Source of the DNA: Polymyxa betae A26-41
Taxonomy: Eukaryota; Protista; Endomyxa: Phytomyxea
DNA: 40,707 nucleotides
Assembly: GCA_003693705.1 (NCBI GenBank)
Contig: RBZT01000532.1
Location: forward strand, 1-40,707
Direction of reading: 5' to 3'
The notes under the pieces were generated by a model, which saw only the letters and a program-made list of their open reading frames with translations, did not search any database and had not been told where the DNA came from. The translations under genes and the position numbers were made by a program. Positions 9,555 through 22,733 of this stretch are shown in pieces. Position 1 is the first letter of the stretch; every line of letters begins with the position of its first letter.

Positions 9555-12500
9555 ATGAACCAGGATTCGATTAAGCGGAAAGCTCCTCCTGGCATTATCA
9601 TTTATCGTCCTGGTTGCAATCAGGAATTGACTGGAGCTGAATTACGTCAAGCTCTTCGTGACGAATTGCGGCGTCTCTCAGAAGACGATGGTCCTCAGCC
9701 CGCGTCTAAGCAGAAAGCATCTTCACCAACTTTGGATGCGCTTCGTGCTGAATTACAGCGGCTCCGGCAGAATGAGCTGGAACAATCTTATCAGCAACCG
9801 GCCTCGCCGAAGTTATCTCAAGCTTTGCCTCATGGATCTCCTTTAGGTTCATCGTGGCGACCAGCCTCGAAGCTGAACGCAGATGTTTCACCTTGGCGAC
9901 CTCCAAAGCTAAACGAAGAGATTATACAAAGGTTGCCGCAGACGAGTCCCAATGTTGTTGCCGATCAACATGACCAAATACTTGAGAAAGCTGATCCAGC
10001 AAATGACTACGTTGAAATTGATATCATGGATGCCGAAGATCAAGATCTGATCAAGGACGATACTAGAGCTGAGAGTGAAAACGGTGAGAAATCTGGAGAG
10101 GAAAGCGAAGAAGACAAAGATCGTAAGTTCATCTACACACCGATTGCTCAAGCGTCTCCATTTAAATGGAGATCTCAGGTAAAGCGTCAACGAACTATTA
10201 CGGTTTGCGCTTCTAAACTGAAATCGATTAGAATCCATCTCTATCATTTACGGCGAATCCTTGTGTGATACTAATCGTCGTTACTATGTACAACGAAGAA
10301 TGGGACGAACTTAGTTTGACGTTGCGATCCATTGCCAAAAATGTCAAGCACATGAGCAAGGTTCTGCAACGTCCATCTCTTTGGAAATCGGTCGCCGTTT
10401 GCATTGTCAGTGACGGTCGTTCGAAGGCTAACAAGCAGACAATGAGATACGCCAGGTATTTAAACGAGATGTTTATGCCAATTGACCTGACCACTGATTT
10501 AGCTCATTGGGGATTTTATCGGAATCAGTGATGGAAGCGCATTCATCCAAGGCCTGCGTACATCTATTTGAATCGGTTATCAGTCTAGTTAAAAATGAGA
10601 CGACTTCGACTCGTCTGCCACCATTGCAGATTCTTTTCGCTATGGTATCAATTTTATTCAATGAAATTTAGTAGTCATGTGAATTTGTTGGACAGAAAGA
10701 ACACAACAAAGGCAAGCTGCACTCACATCTCTGGTTTTTTGAAGGATTCGCCCATGTCATGAAACCCAAGTACACTTTCTTACTGTACAAATATCGGTTT
10801 TACTCGTTGTTTTCTATAATTCCTGAATGTGATGAAGCGATGTCGGGACGATCCCTCGACATGATGCTTTTTTGGGGTTCTACCGCTCCCTGGAGCATTC
10901 GACTGATGTTGCTGGCGTTTGTGGTCGAATGACGGTACGGCATCATGGCCTTGCTGACTATATCAACCCGATTGTTGCCGCCCAACATTTTGAATATGAA
11001 GTAGCTAGTGTCCTGGATAAAGCTTTTGAATCTCGGCTGGGCTATTTATCTGTCCTGCCTGGAGCATTCTCTGCATACAGGTCTGTTTTCTTTGATGCAT
11101 TCGAGATTCACGAACTGAAATTTAGGTATTCTGCTCTGCTCGGGACGCCATTGAAAAAGTATTTCTCGTCGCTATTCGTCTCAGAGAAAGACCTATACCC
11201 TTTCGCATCAAACATGACGTAAAAACTCTTAAAATTGTTTGCAAATCGAATTTGAAGGCATTGTTTTCTTTGTCTGTAGGTTGGCTGAAGATCGCCTGCT
11301 GTGCTATCAGTTAATTGCCAAAGAAAACTGCAGTTACACATTAAGCTATTGCAATTCAGCCTGTGCTGAAACTGATGTCCCTCATTCGCTTGTTGCGCTA
11401 CTGAAGCAACGTCGCCGCTGGCTTAATGGATCGTTCTTTGCCTTGCTCTTCGCCTTAGGGCACTTTTTCTCATTCTGGTCTAAATCATCGCATGGGTTAT
11501 AAGAAATAATGTTCAGAGTAATATCTGGATTACTCAACTTATTTTTAGAGTATTTCGAAAACTAGCGATTGCGTTCGAGTACTTGTTTCTGACTGTGTCC
11601 GTTGTCCTTCAATGGCTGGCAATTGGTGTCTTCTTCCTGGTCATTGTATTAACTTCAAAGGATCTGGGAGCTCCACCTACTTTCTATGTCTCTGCTGGGG
11701 CGATATTCGTTGTGCTCATTACTATCCAGTTCCTTATGGCGTTCCGGAACCAGCCTCAACAAATGTCGATGGGATATTCTCTGATTTCTGCCGCTCTGTA
11801 GGATATATCTTCCTTTCGTCTGAATACCATCTAATTCGTGTAGTGGAATTTACTTCATTGGGATATTAATCATCACAACTATTTTCTCCCTTGAACAAAT
11901 CGAGCGTGGCAACCTCATTCTGATAACAACCGTACAACTTCAAGTTTCTAGACTTAAAACATCCTTCTCATGGCATTTTAGTTATCGATGGCTTGGGGGA
12001 TATATATAGGCGCTGGTCTGCTGCATGGTGCTCTAGGCTCCATTTTCATCTCGTTTATTGGATTTCTGGGAATGATGCCGACTTTTCTCATTATTTTCCC
12101 AATATTTGCCATGTGCAATACGCATGACGTTAGGTAACTCTCACTGTGAAAACCTTAACGCGAAACTAAGCGTCTGTAGTTGGGGAACTAAAGATCTGGA
12201 TGAGGTGCAAGATAGCAGTGATCTTGCTGTTAGAGCTATGATTAAACGGCGCTTTCTCAAGTAAGCATCTTTGGCTGTTTCATTTTGGCAGTTGACCTGT
12301 GGTGCAGCTTCCGGGCTAAGATGATCATTTTCTGGATTATGTCCAATATCGCTCTGGTCTTCCTTGTCTTCTATTTTGACGCTCAGAAAATATTCCTCTA
12401 CAGCTGTATTGCCTCAATTTTATGTAAGCTTTGCATTCTCTCTTATCAAGATTATAATTTAATCGACCGATGTAGTTATGAATGGATCGCGATTCATAGG

Positions 12501-13177
12501 CTCCATGCTGTATTTAACGGGAGGTGTGGCAACTTCGTCATTCCTGGTACAGGTTGCCGTCAGCCCAATAAAACCAAGATCCTATATCAAGTTATTGAAA
12601 TTGCCCATCATGGCTTTTTTTGCGGCCATTTATCTTGTATTCACCATTCTGCTTTGGTAATTATTGTGCTAACTGTACTGACATTCTCGCTGAACTGTGC
12701 CTAGGCCATTCGTGGGTGGATCGTGTGCTGACGGAATTCTACAAGAATTCGTGACATTTGATCTCTGGCTGACACATTGGATGGTTTCTGACATGCCAAA
12801 TACTTCCCAGGCGTTCGGTGATGAGGATCTAGCCATTTATCAAGCTGAGAATATGCCCAGCTCAAAGCGCGTTGCCACATATTTTGGTACTGAACAGTGT
12901 GCTTCAATTTCGTTGCCATTGCTAATATTTCTCAGGCGGTATTCGTTGGATTGTGCCGACAATTGGATTAGGAGCGGCATTCGTTTGCATTGTCGGTCTA
13001 GTGTCATACGTGGCTCCATTATTTATCAAATGTGATATTTGTCTACCACTGACCAATCTGCAGAATTGGAGATGGGTTTTAATTCCGGTTTTCGGATACG
13101 GCGCTTTAACGGCTGCCTTTATCTCAGATTCGGTTTTAAGATGGGCAGCTATTAATTACACGTCACCTTCTGCTTAA
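9555..13177 (+). CDS. CHS: Chitin synthase (GT2), multi-exon
   Basis: Spliced motifs [68 protein letters not shown], followed by many TM helices. More than a dozen short GT-AG introns. Confidence 0.95.
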
Positions 13178-13266
13178 TTAACTCATTAAACATCTCTTTA
13201 AGAAACTGGAAAGTTAACGACGTGAGTCAACGGTGGATCTGAATTGCCCATTAACGTAAATGTCCT

Positions 13267-15279
13267 ATGCCCTTTAATGCCAGGCTTTTGTGTCTAACCT
13301 TATTGAGCTATGTCGTATCTATTTGGGGCCAGCAACAGCAGTTTGTTCCTATATATTTAACGAACCAATCGCCTCAAGCAAATCCGGCAACTGCTTCTCC
13401 ATGGCAGCAAGCGCCATTGTGGACGAATGCATTGTCCGGAGCCTACCCAGCACCGTCACAATATATTGCAGAGAATCCGAACCCTGCTCATACTGCAGGG
13501 GGCGTTCCGGATCCGATTACGCACGCTGGTGGCGTTGCCTTAAATCTTGTTGTGAATGCTGGTCCAGGCTCATCTCCTGCTCCTGCGTTTTCATCGGCAC
13601 CAGCTTCGAACCAAGCTCAGCTGCCGATTTCGACACCAGCGGGAAGCAGTGCCCAGAGCCAGCCAGCTGGTTTGGCCACAGCGGGCGACCATAGCAGAAG
13701 TGATCCAAATGGAGAAAAAGCATCACCGGCACGGAAAAATGATTTACCAGATCAGATTGTGATTGACGGCCATTCCTATAAATTGAATGATGGCGAAACT
13801 CTAGTGGTACAAGAGAAAGAAAAGAGGAAACGTCATGACGACGATGATCGGAAACATCGTCATGATGATGACGATGAGGATCGACATCGGCACACAGAGC
13901 GCGATCGCAAAGACGACGACAATGAGAAGAAGAGCCGGAAGAAGAGCGACGACTCTGATGATGACAAATCCAAAAAAAAGGTAGACTCTAAGCCGAAGAA
14001 ACCGATTGCCAAGTTACCAGAACTACCCTCGACCCCTGAAATCCCTTCAGTGCCCACATTGCAGACGCAGGCGAATTTAGAGCCGACAAAACCGCCAATA
14101 TATCCGGGAGAAAATGTAGAACTTGCAAAGGTGATCGCTGCGACGACGAATACGTCCGCCCCAATACCATCACCAGCTGCCGCCGTCGAGGCCATCAACC
14201 CAGTAAACGGTCCAGAAGTAATCAAAGCATCGCCTGTGCAAACCGGCAGCGGCACCCATCAGGAGCCAACGTCGACTATACGGGAACAGGCAGCGGTTGC
14301 AGCAATATCACCTGATGCAGTGAAACTCCAAGTTAATGGCACAGAGGCGAGCACAGACCCATCTATAATGACGACAGAAATGGGAGGTGCCCTACAAGTG
14401 CCAAATCCAGACTCTGTATCTGGGTCGCAGCCCATGATTCAAGTCGCTACATTGGCCCCGCTATCATTACCACAGAATCCAGGACAATGGGCATCACCTC
14501 TGCCCAGAGATCAGCGATTCGAGACGGCCAAGGCCACGCTAGCAACGCATCCTGATCAACGGGCGGGATCGGCAACATCTGCCCGTCCTGGCCAGATGCC
14601 GGATCTGCCAAACCTGCCGCCTGGAATGCAGTCGTTCCATCAAAGACCGGATGCGGTTAAAAAACCACCATCGCCTCCTAGTGCACCCATGCCTAAACCG
14701 ATGATGCCCAAATCCAAGGTATAACCATGCAATAGACTTCCGGTTCCATCACATTGAAAACCACAGGCAGGTTCTTTAAATAATTCGAATCCACTTGCAG
14801 TTCCAGGTACCAAAACGCCAAATGTTCCTCCAGTTGTGACGGCTCCAGGCGTAGGCTCGGTTGCCAATAAATCAACCGCTCATAGACCAGAGCCAGTTCC
14901 TGCTATACTTGTGCCAGAGGCAACACCAACCGTTGTCGATACTCCAGCTCCGACTATAGCTCCGACCCCAAGCCCTGATCCAACTCCCGAACCGAAGAAG
15001 AAGTCCAAATGGGCGTTCGGGCATGGACCCGAATATAACTACGAACCAAGCACTGGCAGAAAGCCATCAGACCAGACAAATGGGGACCCGTTTGGGAAAA
15101 AGAATAATGACAAGGAACAACCAGATGACAAGGGCAAGAAAAAGAAAGATGGTAAAAAGAAGGGCGAGGATGGTAAAAAGTCCAAAGACGCGAAGCCAGC
15201 AGCAAGTGGATCAGCAGATCAGAACAAAGCAGTTACCGATATGTTCTCCAACATCATGGGCAAAATCAAATTCAAATAA
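13267..15279 (+). CDS. Secreted Pro-rich protein with Lys/Asp/Arg-rich charged blocks
   Basis: Signal peptide MPFNARLLCLTLLSYVVSIWG. The 485-aa ORF joins via intron 14719-14766 to the 14836..15279 frame. Mostly low complexity. Confidence 0.8.
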
Positions 15280-15494
15280 TTAACAAACTGGATATATTTA
15301 CTGCAACTAGGTAAAATACCTAAGACGATTTGTCGAGTCAAAAGATACCAGAACAGGTAAAAAAGTTGAAAAAACTTGATCGAGATTAGCGCGATCGCAT
15401 ATATAGAAGAGAAGATAATTCAAAGTCCGCGACGGAGTCCGCATCCACCTCCATCTGGTTTGTTCTCGTGGTTCAGACGATCCCTTCGTGAATC

Positions 15495-16418
15495 ATGGCT
15501 CGTGGACCCAAGAAGCATTTGAAACGCCTCAATGCGCCCCGTAACTGGATGTTGGGCAAGCTGGGCGGCACCTGGGCACCACGCCCCAGCCCTGGTCCCC
15601 ACAAGCTCCGCGAGTCGATCCCCATGGTCGTCTTGTTGCGTAACCGCTTGAAGTACGCTCTCACTCGTCGTGAGACCATGGTCATCGTCATGAACCGATC
15701 TATCAAGATCGATGGCAAGGTGATTTAAGTGGCCTTACAGCAATCACTTTTATTAAATAGCATCCAGATCCGTACTGATACCAACTTCCCTGCCGGTTTC
15801 ATGGATGTCCTTCAAATCGAGAAGACCAACGAGCAGTTCCGTCTTATGTACGACACCAAGGGCAGATTTTTGCTGCACAAGATCAAGGTTTGTCATTTTC
15901 CAAACTTGGCATGCTGCAATGTTCTAACAGTATTGCAGCCAGCTGAAACCTCATACAAGCTTTGCCGTGTCAAGAAGCTCAGCAAGGGTAACAAGAACTC
16001 AGTTGGAAAGAACCCGAACCACTTCGGCCAGCTGGGTGCCGTTCCTTTCATCGTCACTCACGATGGTCGTACTCTGCGATACCCAGACCCTCTGATCCGA
16101 ATCAACGATACCGTCAAGGTCGACCTGAACTCCGGCAAGATCCTCGATTTCGTCAAGTTCGACATCGGCAACATTGCCATGATTACCGCTGGTCGTAACT
16201 GTGGCCGTATTGGTGTCATCACTGGCCGTGACCGTCACCCTGGTTCCTTCGACATCGTTCGTGTCCGTGATCGTAAGGGACACACCTTCGCCACTCGTAT
16301 CCAGAACGTCTTTGTCATCGGCAAGGGCGAGGACGCTTGGGTTTCGCTGCCCCGCGATAAGGGTATTCGTCTGTCGATTGAGGAAGACCGTGAAAAGCGC
16401 CTGTCCAAGCAGGAGTGA
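15495..16418 (+). CDS. RPS4: 40S ribosomal protein S4 (eS4)
   Basis: [15 protein letters not shown]...[29 protein letters not shown]. Introns at about 15720-15768 and 15888-15938. Strong C-ending codon bias. Confidence 0.98.
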
Positions 16419-16717
16419 ATCTATCTAACTCTTTGAATCACAAAAAATACAATATGAAGTGTATCTTAACCAGATTTGTATCCGTTGCAAGTGTAGATGT
16501 AGCTTTAATCCATTCCGATTTAAATGATGCATACTTTGAAGGAGTCATCTGCTATCAAATAGGTTCTTCGGGTGTTGTTGTATCCAGTGTTATTTTCTGG
16601 ACGATCACTCACAAATAAGGTGTGTTAGGGGTTACCTCTGTATGTTAGATAAGATGTCAGATCTGCGTTACACTTTGTGGAAGTGGACCTCATGATGCCC
16701 ATTCTGTCGATTCTTCC

Positions 16718-19700
16718 TTGGCATTGAAAGCTCTAAGGGAATTGAAAGGTCAGATGCGACATCGCTTGGCTAGACGGCTACGTCAATATCAGCATGCGCG
16801 AGTTAATGTCAGAATTGACTTACAAAACCTATCGCCTCCTCTGCGAATTATGCTTCGTTCACCCTCAGAGGAAATTCACAGAGTCGGCCGTGTGCTTTTA
16901 TCTAGGTTCTTTGCTTCTGGCATTTGCCACGTTTGGTCTTATATCTCTTGCAGATTAGATGCCAATGATGAACTTCAGACTGTGAAGCTGCTATGCCAAA
17001 AGAAAATCTCAGATGCTGCCGCATTTGCTTTAATGCTTTCTTCTCCATCCCCGAAGATTCTATCCACAATTGTCTCAGCTTGGATGAGGGATGGAAATTC
17101 AAAAGCGTGCTTAAGTTCTGGTCTTGAGCTGATTGGTTGTCTTTCCACTTACATTAATTCATCTTACTGAAATCAATTCCAGATCGTGGTGTGCATCCCA
17201 CAAAGAACGTCCTGACAACTTTAATACGTGCCGCTGGTATCTGCAACCGTTTCGACATCATCAACAGGTTATGGCATTCGAAATGTAAGCACACTGTCAA
17301 ATTTAACAGCAATCTGTTCATATATAACTAGCTCTATTTGGTATCAAAGCTGATAGTAGAATGCATGCTGCCCATATTTCTGCCTGTGGACGAATAGGGC
17401 TTGTTGAATTTCAGCAGTCTTATCAAGCTTTAATGGCTTCTGGTATTCCGCACGACTGCTATACTTATTGTGCCTCAATCCATGCTCTGTCACATTTGTC
17501 AGCTCAAGCGAATTCAGTGGAGCGGCGACTTATAGCGGATCGCTCTGAGAAATTATTTGCAGAGATGCTATCAGGTTAGCGATGTTCGTCTGAGTATGAA
17601 ATAACGAGCATATTCTTCTAAAAAATGTTTGCTATTTTGTAGGAGGAATTACTCCAACTACTGTATCGATGAATGTGCTTATCAATGCTTTGTGTAAATG
17701 CGGCGAAGTGCAACGTGCTTTACAAATTCTGAAGCATTTTGGCCAACGAATGGTCCCCGATTTGTTCACATTTGCTCCTTTATTGGATGCTTTGGTTTTG
17801 AAGGGACAAATACAAGCATGTGGTCATTTAATAGCTGAGATGCTTGCTCGAGGTCTTCTCCTACAAAAAGTGCTGTTTCTGTAACTAATATCGAGAGTAG
17901 GCATTCTCCCAAACGGAATCGTCTTATCGTCATTGCTGCATGGTTCCAAACTAAATGGCGTAAAACCTTTTCTTGTTTGGCAAACGTATCAGCTTGTTAT
18001 TGAGCAACAGAAGGATGTCAATTGGGATAATCTGGCTCGATCTGTCATTATCCAGTCAGTACAGCATGTACACGCTCATATACGAGATCCTCTTTGCATT
18101 CAGCTTATTCAGGATCACTGCAGAAGAACGCAGAATGCACCGGGTAGGGTGAATAGTCCTTCTCTCTATGGAATGCCTCTAAATCTAATGTATAGAGCGC
18201 TCGATGTTGATTCCGCTGATTGTAGACAGCACGCCAAAAAAATTCATGTTTGAAAGGTTTCTTGCAGCCTTGCAGGAATATGGCCCAGACAGATCACTCA
18301 TTAATTTTGCTTTCCGATCAGCAATCCAGTTAGGAAGGTTCGGCTGCTGGATATTTCGGTTAGATCTGACTAACGACTTTGGCAGTGTGAAACTTTGCAT
18401 GCTGCTGTCAGATATCTGCTGGCAACATCGAGCTTTGCTGGATGATAACACAGCAGCAGTTTTGCTGACGTTTTTGGTCACAAAACTTGTTTCTTATCCA
18501 TATAATGGGTGCGCTTTCTTACCAATTGTCAGATACCGTATCTTTACTGATTTATGCTCCATACTCACGTGAGCTCAGGTTGAGAAGCTGAGGTTAAATG
18601 TCGTTCTTGATCCGGCAGTAGAACCGCCAAAGTTGCTATCACTTTCTAGCTGTCGTCTGGACTCAAGCAGTGCATCTCGGTTGCGATGTTCTGTGATATT
18701 CGCTGCAGCGAACAGCAGAGCAGATTTTGCTCTAGCGTCGCTCGATCAGAGTACCAATATGCTACTTTTTTGAAGCTCAACACTGATACTCTCCCAGTCT
18801 TTAACCCATCGCTGGATAATATTCTTCTCAGAATATTTACCTCCTCAAATGATCTTCCTTCTGTCTTGGCTCTGCTTGAAAAGCGCCCTTTTCTTGCATC
18901 CCAACCTATACTGCTAGATTTATACCGAAGAACAAAGAGTATTGCTCTGATTGATCAGAGAATTCAGAGGTCAGTTCATCGATGACAGCGCTTAACTAGC
19001 ACTCTTATTTCCGTTTCGAAGCATGATCACCACACATGATTGCTGCTATCATCCATTACAAGTCGACCGAGTAATTCGAGACCTCTCCAGACTTGGGCAT
19101 CTCAAGCGATGTTACGATCTGATTCTGTGTAGGCAGCAGGTCTTGCCAATGCAGATTAGGTGAGACTTTTAATTTGCTATGTCAAATGGTACTAAAGAGC
19201 ATGGTCAGGTCTGATTCTCTTAATTCATCTCTAACTTTATTTGCTCGATCGTCCTTACCAGAGATCTGCGAATCTGTTTTGAGCGCTACCAATCCGCAAC
19301 CAAACCTCACTTGTTTTAACATTCTCATTCACGCTTATTGTAAATTACAGGACTTCAACAAAATCGCTCAGGTGAAGTGCAGTTGAGAAAGCCAAGTATG
19401 GCGACTAATCTTCCTAATTAGGTGAGAACGAGGCTTCGATTGGCCGGTTTACTGGAAGATACGGTGACATTCAATACCTTGTTGTGCTATGCTCTGCAAA
19501 CAAAACAGGTTAAATTAGCTGATCGTAGTTTAGTTTCCATCATTGACACCTTTAAGGCTTCCCTGATTAGCAGCTTGTATGATGAAATGAAGTTGCATGG
19601 CATTCCAATCAATAGCCGAACGCTCACGTGTCTTGTGAACGCCGCTTCTTTGTGCTCGGTAATAAGGTGTTATGACCATCTGCTAAGTTGTGATTCAATT

Positions 19701-20921
19701 ACAGAGACCCTTGAACTGGTTTGTAGAAGAGATCGAATCTTCCATCGGCAGCGATGAACCCGGACCCTACTTATGTGAAGCTATCATCAGGTAAACAAAC
19801 TTTGAAAATGGCGCCTGTATGACTAGCAACTGCAGAGTATTTGGCAGTGAAGGTTTAAATCTAATTCAATCGCGCTGGCCGGATGTCCTTGCTCGTAATT
19901 AAGTCCCATACAGCTGAACTGATCAGAACTGATATGTGAGAAGAAGACTGGACTGGCGTGGTTTGGGCTCGCATCATTCGAGTATTCGGGCTAAAGAAAG
20001 CGTCGTATAATGGTCCGTTAAGGGCCAACATCCTCAACGTGCTTTTAACGCAACAGAGCAGCATCCAGGCGCTACGAATTCTTTACAAAAGGTGGTTGAT
20101 TCTTGTTAATGTCACGCTCTAAAATTGCTCTACAGTGTGATTGAAGGAAAGATGACATCGAATTCGTACACATTCCCTGCTTTGATTCGAGCGCTCAGTC
20201 GTAATGGCTGCAACCCTGACGATTTGCGGATATTATTCCAAAGAATGCTTGAATTTGGCTATGGGCTAAACTCAGCTGTCGTTTCGTCCATGATCAATGC
20301 ACTCGGAAAACATTATGCGATTGCCCAGTGCCAAGAAGTTTTTGATCTGGCTCGAAGGGAGTGCTTGCCCCTAACCGAATCAGTTTATACTGCCATGATA
20401 AGGGCACATGCTCGATTAGGTTCGCTTTATTCAAGATCTCACTTTCTGTGGTAAATCTCGATCTAGGGGATATCCACGCTTGTCAATTGCTACTTGATCA
20501 AATGAGACAGCGACATGTTTGCCCAACTGTCAATACTTTCAATGCATTATTAACCGCATGTAGAGTTAAGGGCAATTTGTCCTTGGCGCATAGTAAAACT
20601 AGAATCCCATTTTGCCAATACATGTGACTGATGATGTGAGCCAGGAATGCTATCGCTTCTGAACGATCTGCAACTGCAGCCCTCAATTGGCACTTATCAT
20701 GAATTACTACGCTTGTATGCATCCAAAGGATACATTCAACAATGCCAAGATATCATCAACCATATTCGTAATCAATGTGAGTTTGAACACGATCGCATCA
20801 CTTACGGCCTTTACAAAAAGTGAGTCATTTTTTCGTACTTCAATACCTCTCTAACGTTTGCAGAGCAAAAAATGTATCCAGACAACGTTCATGTCTCATT
20901 GTAAGCCGACCAGACACGTGA
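16718..20921 (+). CDS. Pentatricopeptide repeat (PPR) protein, many exons
   Basis: Repeated P-type PPR motifs: GITPTTVSMNVLINALCKCGEVQRALQIL, PDLFTFAPLLDAL, PNLTCFNILIHAYCK, DTVTFNTLL, VYTAMIRAHARLG, PTVNTFNALLTAC. True 5' end uncertain, probably about 16560-16660. Confidence 0.85.
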
Positions 20922-21089
20922 TTACTAGCGTTGATCTCGCTGCACTCTCTCTGCAAGGTGTGCTCAGCTTTCATCGGAAATCCAGAATTTTTCGAACACA
21001 AAGTCTGTGACCGCTTATCAACAATCACATTTTGTTGTGTTTCCTGTTTGTGGACGGGTGATTTGTCGTGTCTGAAACGATAATTTCAA

Positions 21090-22733
21090 ATGATTGCCTG
21101 GGCTGCATTTCTTACGTTTATTCTGGTGTTGCTAAAGGGTTTTAGCACTAAGATTCAGAAGTCTGAGAGCACATCCGAGCCGAAAACGCACCAATCTTGT
21201 GCCTGGTTCGAATGGACTTATCTAACAGTCTATGTTCTTGTAATGGGTAAGGTACAAATGCTATCGATATAGAAGTGCACTGTTAAAATATATTGTCAGG
21301 ATCCGATTGGCTTCAAGGTCCCTATGTCTATGAACTATACCATCAATATGGATACAAACAAGCAGAAATTGCACAGTTCTTTTTATGCGGTTTCGGTTCC
21401 AGTATGATTGCTGGGACAATCATCGGATCCTTAGCTGATAAATAGTACGAAGTATAAATTCAGTGCCTAAACTTGAACTGAGTATTGTCTTTAGCGGTCG
21501 TAAAGCTAGTTGTCAGATTTTCGCGATTTTGTATTTCCTGTCGTGTTTGCTGAAGCATTATCCGAGTCCCTATACGCTGGTTATGAGTAGACTACTATCA
21601 GGAATATCAACTTCCATTCTGTTCTCGTCCTTCGGTAATAATCTGTGGCGTCGTTTCGTGACAAGTTCAAATCGTTGCTTGTTAGAATCGTGGCTAATAA
21701 CAGAACACCATTCACGAGGCTTCCCACCGGATGCCTTAAAGGGGATATTTTCCAAGGCGACAACAGCCAATGGAATGGTAGCTATTTGCTCTGGCATTGT
21801 CGCTAATCTAGCTTATGATCACTGGGGTCCAATTGGCCCTTTTGATATTTCTGCTTGTCTTCTTGTGATCAGGTACCTACGTTATCGTTGTGGAATCATA
21901 TTGCTAACGGATTCCAGCTTGATGGTGATCACATTCAACTGGAATGAAAATTACGGTGATCAGAAAGCACAAGTTCGATCATCGTTCCAAGAGGCTTTTC
22001 AACATATATGCAGATCTCGTCCGACCCAAATACTTGGGGCGGTTCAATCGCTGTTTGAGTCTTCCATGTACATCTTTGTACTGCACTATAACAATGACGA
22101 ACGTTAATTGAATCGAGATCAGGTCTTTATGTGGACACCAACGTTGAAATCGTCGACGACTGCATCGTCTATCGAACATGGGTGGATCTTCGCTTGTTTT
22201 ATGATATCAACAATGATCGGCTCATCGATATTTCGCTGTTTGACCCAATCTAAATATGCCTTAGAATCATGGGCTCCTTTCATTTTTCTCTTTGCCGCTG
22301 TGTCTCTTCTACTTCCATCATTCTTTCAACACTTTGCAACGCGGCTGATAGCCTTCTTTGTTTTTGAGGTGCTCCCTTGTGACTGCAGTGGCAATGATGA
22401 ATCTTAGTAATCGCTAGGTATGCTGTGGCATATTCTGGCCCACAATGGGGACTTTGCGCGCTCAATATATCCCAGATTCTGTTCGCAGTACAACCATGAA
22501 TTTATTTCGTGTGCCTTTAAACTGCATCGTTGTTACATTGTTGGTCGTGGTTCGTCGTTAGTAATTCAATGTTTGCTCGCTAACTTGCTGAACAGATGGA
22601 AAGATTAACGGCAAACACAGTCTGGGTAATTTGTGCAACGATGCTGTTAACAGCTTGCGGTCTGCAATATGCCTTGAAAACAATCGCAGAGCAACCCACG
22701 GCTGCAGAGACTTCCAAACAGCATTCCGAATAA
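21090..22733 (+). CDS. MFSD5: Molybdate-anion transporter, MFS family (MFSD5/MOT2-like)
   Basis: Spliced motifs YLTVYVLVMGSDWLQGPYVYELY, LADKYGRK, LSGISTSILFSSFESWL, WNENYG, QSLFESSMYIFVFMWTP, MNLFRVPLN. Confidence 0.9.
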
